44,213 bases of DNA, filler included, from Jimgerdemannia flammicorona (GCA_003990765.1; 2 parts of 2 records of this genome joined end to end with filler, not necessarily neighbours in it); one strand, 5' to 3'; positions 25,436-38,214 are shown, counted from the whole stretch's first letter. Notes: a model not told the origin generated them from the letters alone. Translations and numbers: made by a program.

Positions 25436-25990
25436 GTGAGCAACTGGTTGGGCAGTTTGGCGGTGGGCAACTGGTTGGGCAGCTTGGTGGCAAGCAACTG
25501 GTCAGACGGCTGCTTGGCGGTGGGCAACTGGTCAGACGGCTGCTTGGTGGCGAGCAACTGGTTGGGCAGTTTGGCAGTGAGCAACTGGTTGGGCAGTTTG
25601 GCGGCGAGCAACTGGTTGGGCAGTTTGGCGGTAGGCAACTAGTTGGGTGGCTTGGTGGCAAGCAACTGGTCGGACGGCTGCTTGGCGGCGAGCAACTGGT
25701 CGGACGGCTGCTTGGCGGTGAGCAACTGGTCAGACGGTTTGGCAGCGAGCAACTGGTCAGATGGCTGCTTAGCGGTGAGCAACTGGTCGGGCGGTTTGGC
25801 GGCGAGCAACTGGTTGGGCGGTTTGGCGGCGAGCAACTGGTTGGGCTGCTTGGCGGCAGGCAACTGGTTGGGTGGCTTGGTGGCAAGCAACTGGTCAGGC
25901 AGTTTGGCAGCGAGAAACTGGTTGGGTGGTTTGGCGGTGAGCAACTGGTTGGGCTGCTTGGCAGCAGGCAACTGGTTGGGCTGCTTGGCA
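25436..25990 (-). repeat. Coding-type tandem repeat of mixed 27/30-bp units (AKQPNQLLA / AKQPSDQLLT) within a probable spliced pseudogene
   Basis: Core GCAACTGGT repeated about 19 times; ORFs 25639-26079 and 25276-25638 share a frame across one TAG. Confidence 0.85.
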
Positions 25991-27134
25991 GGATGCCTCT
26001 CAGTGTCAGAGTCAGATTTGAATTCTTCACTGTTATTGATTTCGAATTGGATCGGTCTTAGCATACTCTTGCAATTCAAGCATGAGCAATGGAATCAATT
26101 TGGATATAACTCGAAGTTAAGCCAAATGAGGTACTTTTGGAAATTCCCTAGAAATGTGATAACCAGTATTTAGTTTATTTCTAAAAGGAAGTAAAACATA
26201 TGCAAATATAGTCATACCAAACAAAATATGCTGTCTCGATGGATGTCCATAAATTGTCAGATACGATTGACCAATATATGGCCCGGTTTTATGCTGCCGC
26301 TAGTACCAGGAGTACCCCCTTGGGAGTTCTAGTAGAATGCGACCTAAACATAGCATACACAATACATCAAAGCTATAGAATAATATAACAATTCATTCAT
26401 AGGTATTTTGATATTTACGTGTATTATTCTCCTTATGATATATGGCGAGCATGTTTCCCAGACATACCATTCGATCAGGGTCGTGGTGCTCTACCATATC
26501 GGCGCATCTCGGATGCATATATGTGCCATCTGAGTTGGCAGGCGGATCAATCGGGGTTGAATGGGTGGATTGTTTATGGTGAGGTTTGATGAGCATTTTG
26601 TTTGATAAAGAGAAATTGTAATTTAACCATATATTTATATCATTTATTTCATATATGTCAATCATTTCGCATAGGTTTCCACCAATGGTGAGTCATTGAT
26701 CACTTATCAGACGTTTTTGATCATGTTAATTACATTGGTGATATACGTATGTAGTTTTAATATATGACTCAGTATTATCATGAATCAGCCATATTAATCT
26801 TCATTTTCTAGTTTGAGTAAGAGTCTTAAAAGCTTTTAATATATGCATAAACCTGCTTCATGCAAGAATTACATTCTTCGTTCTCAACTGTAATATAACC
26901 TGTAGACATACATATGCAACCCTTAATCAGTATCCTTACAATTAATCAGTGATACTATGGTGTATGCTTTTGATGTAAGTTTGTGAACATACATATTATA
27001 CAATATATATTGCATATATTAATTTCACTAGGAAAGTAAAATGATTGAGTATTAACATCTAAGTGATAAATAAATTTAAATCATGTGAGTCTATCATACT
27101 ATAACCTATGTGTTTGAGTCCCATCCAACATATG

Positions 27135-27297
27135 GGTACCTTTTGTTCTTTGGCATTTTCACTTTCTTGGCCTCGGCCATCTCCCCCATGAGCACCGGTT
27201 CAGGAAGCTGTGGTCTGTTGTCCAGAACGACGAAGCACGATCATATGGGGCTGAGGTCACTGAAGAATGCCTCCAGCTCAGCGCTCGTCGCATCATA
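27135..27297 (-). pseudogene. Isolated RRM fragment resembling RRM1 of Nop4/RBM28
   Basis: YDATSAELEAFFSDLSPI*SCFVVLD...KNKRYPYV; S and * revert to G and R by single CpG transitions; GC-richer than flanks; family assignment from memory, not a search. Confidence 0.65.
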
Positions 27298-28757
27298 GAT
27301 TTATGGCAATACTGAGATGATTGATGTTAATGAGTTAGCCCAACCCCAAATTGATCACCCCATGTGTATCTAATGATCTGTCGAAAGCGAATTACCCCCC
27401 CTCTGTTGGTGATGGTATAAAATACTGCATGGAGATGGCTCCCACTGCTGTATCTCCCAGTGAGTCCGCATGTGCAGGCTTGTTGACTGTAGTATTTTCT
27501 CACTCGAGACTATGACTGAACATCAATTGTAATTCTGCCATTCAATATACTTCCTCTTACTCAATACTACTGATTGAACTCACACTTTATCGCTTTGGTT
27601 ATCTCCAGATATACGGAAACAGGCAATATTCTGGCTAGTACTAACCCCATAGTATGACTATGGTCGAGTGTCCTGTTGTCGTCGATGGTGAATACGTACT
27701 CCTTCAGCGTGAACTGCATGGTGTCTACATCCATGGCCTGTCAAATGACAGATATGGAGATGTGGTACAGACGAGTCTGCAGAATGCCTGTATGATCAGC
27801 TCTGGATTCGGTCTCGCCACAAGGCACTGCGCAACGTCTGTAAGTATTGGTGAAGATTTCGGCACCCAAGTTGGAGTTATAATGGAAGTAAGGTTGGTGG
27901 TTGTCATTGGGTCTGTACGTTTAGGTGGCGAATATGGGGGGGGGGTATGCTCGAAGAATGGCTATTCGAGAAGAGGTTTGGGCGCTGTTGTTTCATAGGA
28001 GACAGATGAGCGTTCATTCACTTTATATTTTACCGAAATCTACTATGTTTGAGATGTGTTTTGAAACCTCTGCATATCCCTTAGTTCCTTCATTACCAGA
28101 CGAGCAAGAGCTCTCTTTTATTTTAGTGACCTGTGTAAGATATATATATAGTTGTGATGTCAGCTCATAGAAAGTATATTTCATCTGCATACAAAGTAAT
28201 AATATCAATTACCATTTACTATAAGTGCTATTAATATGACTCCTAATGTGAGGATATGTAATCACATGACAGCATACCTTTATTAGTGTAATATAATCAG
28301 TCTAATTACAGTCCCTGACACTGAACTGTATCAACATTTGTTTATTATGGAGGACATTCTCACCAGGTTCTGTACAGTCATATGTCCATCCCTCCCTCTC
28401 AATCTTTGCGTGCCCTTCACATCTGCACTCTCCCAATTTGCTGCTGTCATTGCCCTCTGTGATTCCTTGACAGACATCGCTCTTGTCCACAAATACTTGA
28501 ATGATGGTGTCATTGTACTTGTTCACTCCCATGAGATTAAAACTCCCACCCTACAAGGAGTGATCATTAACAGTAACGAGACTACTACCAAGATACCAGA
28601 TGGGCCAAAAATAATCTCTAAAAAGTGAGCGCACAAAACCAAGCTAAAAGGTTAGTCTATCCTATATTTTATTAATGTAAACAAATATAATGCAATTGAT
28701 CACTTATGTATTTTCTTTTGAGGGAGTCTAGGTGTCAATAAACAGGGTGTAAAACAT

Positions 28758-29213
28758 GTGCTCGACAAGAACACATTCATCAAGGCTGTCCAAGATGCCC
28801 AACATCTTGTCAAGGACTCCGAATTTGTTACAACAACCCTTCCCATTACTGAAAACTGTACTCTTGTTGAGATAGAACGTTATCGTCACCAATCTAATAT
28901 AGGCACGACACATGGCCTAATTGTTCAATACCTGCTTGGCAGACATGTGGACCGAATTACCAGAGAGCTACCAGAGGGAACGAGAGCGACTCGAGATGCG
29001 GCGTTCAGCAGACAATATCGGACAGAAGCAGGTCTTGATTATTCTGTGAATATTAGGAGTCAGGTACACCGATTGCGACTTGTTTACAGTATTTTAAAAA
29101 ATCTTACTGTAAGGGAGGTCTTGGCAATTCGTGGAGTTGTAGTATCACATTTATTCAATATTAGCCATGATGAGGCCAGACAGCTCTGTGTTGTGATTTC
29201 TAGCAAAATATAA
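28758..29213 (+). CDS. Hypothetical protein, probably last exon of a spliced gene
   Basis: 151-codon open frame with protein-like composition; no recognised domain. Confidence 0.45.
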   Translation: MLDKNTFIKAVQDAQHLVKDSEFVTTTLPITENCTLVEIERYRHQSNIGTTHGLIVQYLLGRHVDRITRELPEGTRATRDAAFSRQYRTEAGLDYSVNIRSQVHRLRLVYSILKNLTVREVLAIRGVVVSHLFNISHDEARQLCVVISSKI

Positions 29214-29446
29214 ATGTATATCTATTCCACATGTAAATTCGGGGAAAGTGCAGTTGTGTGCCCAGTGGGACTGGTGTGCACCCATGATTGTCTACGCACA
29301 ATCCAGGATCATTATTATCAAACAAAATAATCTGATAGTTTCTTTGTGGGGTTTAAAAATAGTATTCACTGTTGTACGTCACTCATTTATTCAATTGATG
29401 GCAAGTAGTTCTGAGTTATCTAGAAACTAAGATACTAACTATTTGT

Positions 29447-29800
29447 TCAGATATCATATGGGCTTGTTGTGAATAAATCTGTATTATCTAGCTCCATGAT
29501 GAGCATCCATTCAGAATTGACCCCAAGACTCTCCATCGTAATGCTTTCATTATTCATGTCAAAGTTGACAAGAGATGTGCCATCCATTCTCTTCAAGATG
29601 AAATTGTCTCCTTTGGGATTGTGGTCTGTCTCGAGGGTGTGGAGCAGGCAGCCGATGTCATTGGAGGTTTCGATTTTGAGTAGATGTGTTGTTCCGTCGA
29701 GCCATTGAATGTTGATTGTCACAAATTTTCTGCTCGATGTATCGGCTGCTTTCTGAACTTCTGGACAGAATTTTTTAAAATAATTTTGTTCAGATGCCAT
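29447..29800 (-). CDS. Small ubiquitin-like/UBX-like beta-grasp protein, copy A (intact)
   Basis: VTINIQWLDGTTHLLKIETSNDIGCLL..FILKR..ITMESLGV..MLIME resembles the UBX/UBL pattern; duplicated at 41969-42325. Confidence 0.65.
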   Translation of the reverse strand: MASEQNYFKKFCPEVQKAADTSSRKFVTINIQWLDGTTHLLKIETSNDIGCLLHTLETDHNPKGDNFILKRMDGTSLVNFDMNNESITMESLGVNSEWMLIMELDNTDLFTTSPYDI

Positions 29801-29893
29801 TGTTTAATGAAGGAGTGAGTGGTAAAAAGCGTTTATTTATATTGCATCCTATTGACAGTAACAGTCACATATATGTTTATAACATAAGTATCA

Positions 29894-29948
29894 GGGAAAG
29901 TGCATTCATGTGGATGGGATAATCCTGTCCACGTGAATGCACTTTCCC
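29894..29948. repeat. Long palindrome family, full copy 1
   Basis: GGGAAAGTGCATTCATGTGGATGGGAT-A-ATCCTGTCCACGTGAATGCACTTTCCC; mismatches explicable as CpG transitions. Confidence 0.95.
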
Positions 29949-30199
29949 CAATGACTGCAGTTGTGTGCCCAGTGCGCCCATTACATGGGACTTGGACGAT
30001 CAAGCATATACTTTATAAAACATCGACTATACAAATTCTCTGAGTCGTATTTTGCGATGATTGTATAATGGATTCATCTCGAACGATGTAAGTAATTGTC
30101 TTGAACATTAATTTACAATATTCTATCACTAACACCCATTGTTATTATTTATTCCGAAGTCCATACTTTTGTTTCTATAAAAAAATGGAGTAAATTAAA

Positions 30200-33100
30200 T
30201 TACGATATATATAAAATGCCAAATATAATAATATCATTTACACTAACCTTTTCCACTCCGCCTCCACTGACTAAGGAATTCATTCGTTTGGTTACAGGAA
30301 AGGGTTTTATAGTTTTAAGTATCGCAATTACCTCTTCGCTGAAAAAAAACCTAGCATTTGTACTATCAATCATAATTGTTAGCTCCTGCGTCTCCTCATT
30401 ATATCCACCGACAATGGTGGTCTTGGATAGCTGGACAATTAGTATACTGATGGACGATATGACATTAGGTGGGTATACATCTACAAGATATTGCAAGATC
30501 TGCTCCCTCTCCACAGTGTATGATGCAGGCTGCTTTTTGTTGGTGAAAAACATTTTGGGTGATGTAGTCTTGATAGCTGGTTCAGTATCGATTGTCAGAG
30601 AAAACTTGGCCTGTACAACTACTGGAATGCGTGTTATATTGTCATCACTGCTGCCATCCTCTGGTGGATGTACACAAATAATGAATACGACATCAGGACC
30701 TGTCTTTTTGGGTGGCATGAGAAATGTCTCACGTGGGTCCTCGAGATACAACAGCAGATTGTCCCTTCCACAGAGATTCTCAGGTTTGGTATCACTGTGG
30801 TGTCGAAGAATGGTAATCTGGCAGGAGAATACCCATGCAAGCCACTCGTATTTGCTAATGAATTGCTCGAACAGAGGATGGACATCCAGGCGTGGCTTCG
30901 AGTTCCATGTGTTGTCAAACAGATCGAAGAGTGGCTCGAGTAGATACCGTTCAAAGAGATCGCCGAGATGTTGAGGCGCCCAGCGGGCCTGCCCCATCTT
31001 CTTGAGCAATGTCTGGCTGATGGTCAAGCTGTTACGTGGGATGTCATCACCATCAAGGCCATCACGAATGAGACAGAAATATGCCATTGCTGCCAATGAC
31101 TCTGATAACCCGGCCACCACTACCACTGTACCAGCCGCACCATCATCGATGCTGACGAGCTGTGCAAACCCATGCTCCACAGCAAGCACCTCTTCTTTGG
31201 GGATGACAATGCTATCTGAAAATGCATGGTAGTTGAGCACCGCCTCCTCGATGACCGGCCATATTTTCGACTGCTCGCATATCAGCGAGAGACAGCCCTC
31301 CAGCTGAGTGACCAGGAGGTCCACCGTGCTGTTACGCCAGTATCGAATGGTCGCATTTGTGACTGTATCTGCTTCTATAGGCCCTTGGATGGCATTTTCC
31401 AGGAATCAGACAGTAAACCAACAATGGCCACGGAGATAGTCGAAAACAGACTCGATCTGATTGTCGGTGAGTGGCCTGAGAAACTGCTCAACAAATGCCT
31501 GCATCTCTGCAATGTTATCGAACAGTGTGTGACACTGATAAAATATGTCTTGTCAATCGATGCCTTTCCAATTGTGCTCCCTATCGCATCCATAAGATGG
31601 TCGATGTGAAGTCCTGTCCCCGCGAGTATGGTACATATGACACTATGTCCACCGACGATTCCCATCACGGTGTGCAGAAGTATTGTGAAATATGAGCATT
31701 TCTTCGTAGTCGATGTGGTAGAGGGATATATGTCCTGCTGCTTGGCGATGGCAATCTGCGCCTCATCTATTGCAACAGGTATCTTCGTGGCTTTGGTGTG
31801 CTCCAGGATCGTGTCAACAGTCTTGATAATATAGGTTTGAATATGGTCAGTATCTGAGCCTGCGAATATTTTCCAGAGATCAATCCAGAAGTCAGGAGGG
31901 TCGATGCCGACACTGCCTGGCAGCAACTGCATCAGAAGCCATATCTTTGGTGTGAATCTGGATGACCGCATTTGTGTAAGCTTCTTGAGGACATAGAGAC
32001 GTGCCACCAACACCACACGGGCCTTGACGAGTGCTTTGGCATTGTTACTTTCCAGTTGGTCACCCCATAGCCATGACGAAACGGAGGCTTTGTCCAAGTC
32101 TCTGGACCCCAGATTTCCATCAACACCTCCGGCATTGAGTGTGAGATATATGCCGAATGTCCAGCAGAACAGTTCATAAATGCTATGCGTTTTCCCAGCT
32201 CTGTTGATGTTGAATAAATATAAATTAGAAAGAGATATATGGTATTTATTGAATGCCAGTAAAATGAATACTTACCCAGATGTTCCAATCAGCATGAGCC
32301 ACACCTGCTTCAACATCCGGTCATGCAACTCACCAAGCTCATCTCGACTGATAAACCCCGAGTCATCTTTGCCTTCCAGTAGCGAATGCAATATCAACGA
32401 AGGCGTTCTTCCACCATTTACTGTAGGTATCCTGGCATTGTTGATATACATGGCACATGGATGATTTTCTGTCTGATACAGCTGTAATGGGAAGCCATTG
32501 GCGATTATCGATTCAAACGTCAGTCACCACTCATGCCATTGGGCATCCGCTCTGGCTCGGATCATTTCAAATAGGGCATCAATCTTGTCATCTACAGCTT
32601 CAGTCAACGCTGCTGGCAATGGTGTGTCTATTGCAGTATAACATAACACATAGAAATTGGGGGTCAATCTCAATGGACTCTATCATTTTTAAATATTGTT
32701 CACTTATAATATGTTAAGTATTATTTATACTAATATACAGCTATTATAATATACATTTCACCGTGTGTGTTGTTTCATCCGAGTATAAGGACATTTCAAA
32801 TCGCGTTGTATTGGTAGACATAACCTCCCTCCATACCCCCGCACAGCATTCGTAATCAAAGTCACCCTCCAGAGACTATCACCATGCCACCTATTGTTGA
32901 CTATATTTGTAGCCTTTTTTTGTGAGAGTACCAGCATACCTTCAATAGTGCGATTCAGAGCTCCCAATATTGACGGTCTGTGTGAGTTGTCTGTGGGTAT
33001 AATAATGATATTGTCAGTATATAATATATAATACATTTTAATAGTCAACAATTTCAATATCTAATCATTACCTACAAGTACTTGTGCAGTCAATCTGACA

Positions 33101-33462
33101 ATGGATTCAGTGTATTCAATAATGACATGAATGTACTCATCATTGAGAAGATCGGGAAAGCACCTCTGTACTTTGAACAATACTGGTAGTTCTTCACCAC
33201 CTAATACCTCAATGATGGCGGAGTTGGGGTTGGCTTGTAATGCAGTGAGCCTATCGTTCAGCGTATAGAGGGGTATGTTGACCTTCCAGAGAGTGAATTC
33301 ATTGATGGCGACATGATCAAAGTGTGGGACTAGCTTTGCCTTGATATGTTCTCATAGATTGTCAATACTGGCATTTTGGTGAATTGTAATAGAAAACATA
33401 TGTCTGGAAGGAGGGGTCTCGCCGTAGACAAGACAGTTGAGCATGATGTTATCGGTTGATAT
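30200..33462 (-). pseudogene. Crinkler (CRN)-type gene: ubiquitin-like header, P-loop NTPase, PD-(D/E)xK REase; spliced, disrupted
   Basis: LNCLVYGE..F.I.I....IDNL*EHIK...FTLWKVNIP...IHVIIE header; Walker A GTSG/AGKT split by an intron (~32207-32275); Walker B PVAIDEAQ; GPDVVF...VVQAKFS. Confidence 0.88.
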
Positions 33463-33829
33463 TCTGTATATAAATGGTAGACCTTTATTAGTATTGGTAT
33501 AAAGTTCTGGTAGAAATGTGTTTGGTTTATACAACTTACTGTAGTTGTGATTGTCGCGTTATCAAACCAGTTGTGGATTATGTATTAACTAAAGTGGCTT
33601 GGTATTAAAGTCAACAAATTACTTGGAGACATCATGCATTCCTTATAACAGTCTCACTTATAATTAGATGAGTCCAAGCCACAACTGAACCACCGACACA
33701 AGATGGACATGTCCTGTTGTGGAAACGTAGTGGCTGAGACAACCGTATCCAACAACTGTTTTTGTATAAAAATAAATTATATAAAGGGCATTACCACATA
33801 TAAATAATTGTATCCTCTGTCTGTGTGCC

Positions 33830-35166
33830 ATGACTCCAATTTCTGCAGAAGTCTTCCTAAACATATACATCCTCCTCAATAGAAGATGTGATATATTTGC
33901 AATCTCTCTTGTCTGTCGTATATTCAGACAATATACCAACCTGCCTCTGGCACAGGCACACTTGCTTGTTACACTATTCGGCAACACCATGTCTCTGGCC
34001 TGTGGTATTGCACTGCTTCCACATCTCATCGATGATAAGGTGTGTGAACTGCTTGAACACCACGGTGCAATAGTCATATCCCGCATACTGGAGACAGCCT
34101 ATTCCACCTCAGTTATTGATGATGAGACCAAGCAAGCAATTATCGAATGGTTTGCCAGATGCCAGATCGTGCTGCCCATGGACCGTATCTGGCTCAGAAT
34201 TTGTACAGAAATGGATGCATAGACAGATGCTCACTCAGCAGTAGAGATACCGTATGACAGTCAAGCTGTAAAAGACTTCATCCAATACATGGATGCTGGA
34301 GACTTTGTCCCAATCCCTTTCTTCAAGTACCATATGATTGAGGGAGAGCCTGCACAGTACTGGCAGATACTTAACGAACTGAAATCAAATGGAAGTTAGG
34401 AATCATGGATGGATCTTCTCTGTCTTGCAGCCATCTTGGCCCCTGAGGCATTGGAGAGAGCAGTCAGTTGTGAATACAGAGTGCCAGACTGGCCTGGACA
34501 GGATGTGTTTGAATGTCTCTGTGGTGCCGCAATACTGTATGGTTAGAGACAGGAGCCATGATGACAATGCTTATCGAGTATGGGCTCATGCATTTGGATG
34601 ACGAATACATTACCCAACGTTCGCTTACACCAGAATGCAAAATCGTCTTTCACTATATAACAGCGGAAAGCTGTATACCAGCCATCAAGGCAGCCACTGC
34701 AATTGGAATTGAGCAGTATGTTGCTACATTTATGACACAAGATGAGCTTGATGATGAAACAATTGAATACATGGAATATCTCAAACCGCAAGTACTATCG
34801 TGCACATCTCACATAAGGAATGCAATTGAACAATATGTGGTGCCAAACCACAGCAACAGCATGCCTGGGAAAATCAGATATACTCGCATACTGAACCAAC
34901 TTGCATTGTGGATACTGGAGCAATGGCCTCGTCCTGGCCATATCACCAGACTGGTCTTCGACAATCTTGTATTAAGCATGACCAGAGGTCTTGAGATGTC
35001 AGATGTTGTATCAAAATACCTTAAAGGAGGGTACATATTCTCTGACAGACATCGAGAGTGGATTACCAACAGTCCAAAAAATTTGGCGCTCGTGACAAGC
35101 TGGAGGAGCATGAAGACACAGCCACCTATATGGCTGTGGGCCCAGCAGGGTAGCCTCTGTAAATGA
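33830..35166 (+). pseudogene. N-terminal F-box-like protein, apparently intronless, with stops and a frameshift
   Basis: ISAEVFLNIYILLNRRCDIFAISLVCRIFRQ fits the F-box consensus; frame continues past TAG at 34220 and shifts near 34540 into ORF 34513-35166. Confidence 0.65.
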
Positions 35167-35533
35167 GTAAATAAATGATTTGCCCCATGTGACGTGTGTT
35201 CCAATTAGAGAGATATACTATAGTCGACAATTGAGTTTATTAGATGGCATCCCCATTACTATTTAGTAAGAAAGAGTCAAATAATATCTGAGCGACGTTT
35301 GCTGACAAATGAGTTTATTGTAATTTTACATGGTCGCATGTTCTCGAATATGTGACATCTCACCACCCTCCAATACTCAGATAGGACACAACAGATGTTG
35401 TTGACATATAGCATCTGCAAGAAGGAGCAACTCACGATATCACAGTAAATAAGTATGATATGTGGCTTGGTATCATGTGCCCCAACAGAAGACATATAAA
35501 ACTAAATACATACTTTGGTACATACACCTAACC

Positions 35534-36551
35534 ATGTCTACTAAATGTCTGCAAAATGCTCAGGAGTGCTTCTGCACCCTGGATGAATATCTCGAAGAAT
35601 TGATTACACGATGTCTAGTATCTAATATGCCATTTCCAAACACGGATACCACCTTCTATGCCTGGCTCAAGGAACTAATTATATCAGTTCCTATACAGCA
35701 GGAGCTGGTAAGCTATAGACTTTATTATTATTATTATTATTTTGCATCTTCTTTGTCATCCTTTATTCAATTTCTGTCCGCACTACTCACAGGAGCCTGA
35801 AATATCTACCCCCATACAATATACCCATAAACATCCTTGTGAAGAGGAGGGGGATAGTGGTGAAGGTCCATCTGCTCCAAAACATGCTCGCTTTGAAAAG
35901 GTATTCCTCTTTTTCCTAGATCCTAATTATATCAGTCATTTAGTAATATTCTGGTATATTTTATAGGATTTGTCATCGCCCCCTCCCCGCCACCGCCACT
36001 GTGGTATCTTGAAGAATATACAACAAGTATTTCTACAAACTGATAGAAGCCGGTCTCCAACCCCACCAATCTATGAGCCTACAGAGGATGAGCTAGCCCA
36101 GACGGAGTCCTTCAGGACTACTGTTATGGAGGTGGTAGCCAATCCCACACCAGTCCAGCTGTCTACTCTGAGGGAAAAATACTCACCGGACACACTTAGC
36201 GGACTGTTTGGCTCTGTTCCAGCTGCCCTGAAAACAGCTGGTGTATCATTCCCTTCAAGTGATCTTAAGGGTACTTTGGATCAACTGATTGCAGTAAAAA
36301 AGTTTCAATGCTCACTCAGGGGACCAGAAAGAGCTCGCTATGAACAGTAGATCAGGTAATGCTTTGGTTTGAAAAATTTAATCTTTCTTACAAATGTGAT
36401 GCTTCCACCAAATTTTGATGCTCAGGTAGTAAAACATGAGTATGGGGCACTATACTCTTGTGTATGCATTGCATATGAGCTGGCCCGCACACTACCTGCA
36501 ATGCCATTTTATGTAGTAGTTGACAAGAAACTTGTTATAATAGATACATAA
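35534..36551 (+). pseudogene. Three-exon hypothetical gene with premature stops
   Basis: ATG 35534; GTAAGC..CAG intron (~35707-35791) and GTATTC..TAG intron (~35901-35967) join ORF pieces in frame; stops near 36348 and 36357. Confidence 0.55.
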
Positions 36552-36732
36552 CAAATTGTATAATTTCAATAGATAGATTCCTATAGTATTATATTGTCTG
36601 TCAGTTCAGTACAATTGATATAACAATTTTCGATAACATACATCTTATTCATCAATATTCCTTAGACTGCTGAGACACTTCAAAAGAGGCTGTTTTAATA
36701 GTTTTAGAAACACCCGATGATGATGGAAAGAA

Positions 36733-37807
36733 CTAGGAAGAACACGAAGTTGTGAAGGGTCTCATCAACGTGTCCTTGTTTAAGAGACCTCTCCATGCAA
36801 TGTCTCCTGCTTCAAAATCACCAACAAGACTAATATCATCACAGTCTGAGCAAGTACCCCCTAAAATGTAATTTATTGTATAGCTGCACATTTCCAATAA
36901 ACAAGTACAGTCTATCAAACTATCTGTGAATGGGTGGATGGCTTGCTCATGCCAATCATAGGCCACGACACTCTTCACACTTCGGTCTGCATTCTGGCTC
37001 ATCTTCGGTGACTCTTGGCAGCCAGAAGGCATCAATGAGAGCGAAGTCTGTACATGCCTTTGCTAGACTCCATCGGTGGTCTACCTCTGGATGAAGGATT
37101 CCACGTATGAACTCGGAAAACACAGGAGTGTAGTTATGCTGGAATGCGCTATCATCATTTAACACCTCATTAATGATTGCCTGTTTACTACTGATGATCG
37201 ACACTTGGTTCATAAGAACTTGGTACAGACTGATGCCGAAGGACTGCACGTCGTCTTTTTCCAGGTTGAATCACTGCTGTGTATTGTATTCTTTACCAGC
37301 ATGAATTGTTGTACAGTCAAAGTCAAAAAGCTTCACCTCTGGCATGTTGTCTGGGTGGAATGTGTAAAATATACTCTGTGGCTCGAGGTTGTGGTGGTAG
37401 ATGCCACATCCATGAAGATAATATAGAATGTCGAGGACTTGGGAGAATATGAATTTGATATTCATTTGTACGTTGAGGTCATCCACCATAATCTGACATT
37501 CGCCCTCCTTTGGCATGGACATGAATTGACTGTATAAAGAGCCAATCACGGGCTCCATGAGTAGGTATATTGCATTCTGATCTTTGTGGTGATGAATAAC
37601 CCTTCTGATGTTGGGATGTTGGGCTGCTGGAAGGTTGTTGCCAATGCACCAGTTGTCGACAACCTTTAGAAAATGCACAGTTCCATCACTTGCTCTGGTC
37701 TTGTATATAGCGCTGTTCATCCCCTTGAGGATGGGTTCACCAATGATATTGACACCAAACATGAGGGCACTAGCATTCGGCTGCAGAGGTTGTTCACGAC
37801 ACAGCAT
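36733..37807 (-). pseudogene. Compact intronless Ser/Thr protein kinase-like gene with Cys-rich tail
   Basis: HFLKV, HPNIRR, IYLLMEP, YLHGCGIYHHNLEPQSI, VKLFDFD, DVQSFG, ILHPEVDHRWS; in-frame TGA at 37271; probable frameshift near 36960. Confidence 0.85.
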
Positions 37808-38214
37808 TTGGAATGAATATCGATTGCGCAGTGTGTTTCAATAGCAGTATGAGTTGGCTATTTATTCACTTGTAAACCAAACAATAAATGGCTATATCTA
37901 GTAGGTTGACATACACTGTAATATATTTAAATGCAACTGTATTTCTCCTGGGTAGTTAAGTTGCAGTTGAAACAAAGAAAAGCTGTGCTACCTTTCCAAC
38001 ATTGTATCATATATGGAGATTACTCATTTATAGTATATGAGCATCAGCAACAACGAAATAGGACTATTGCTGATGTTGTATTCTCCTGGATAACAAATGA
38101 TAGCTACTAGATTCAGATTGTAACTATATTTATTCAAATACATTTACTAATTATATTGTTATAATATATATACTTGAATATTTGTTGTATTAAATGTGAT
38201 AGGGTATTCATTGT

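Noticed and set aside
25436..26173. Plus-strand SNWLG-repeat ORFs or CRISPR-like array
   Set aside because: Antisense shadow of the tandem repeat; no spacers.
30216..30974. 252-aa plus-strand ORF
   Set aside because: Antisense to the CRN REase exon; no motif of its own.
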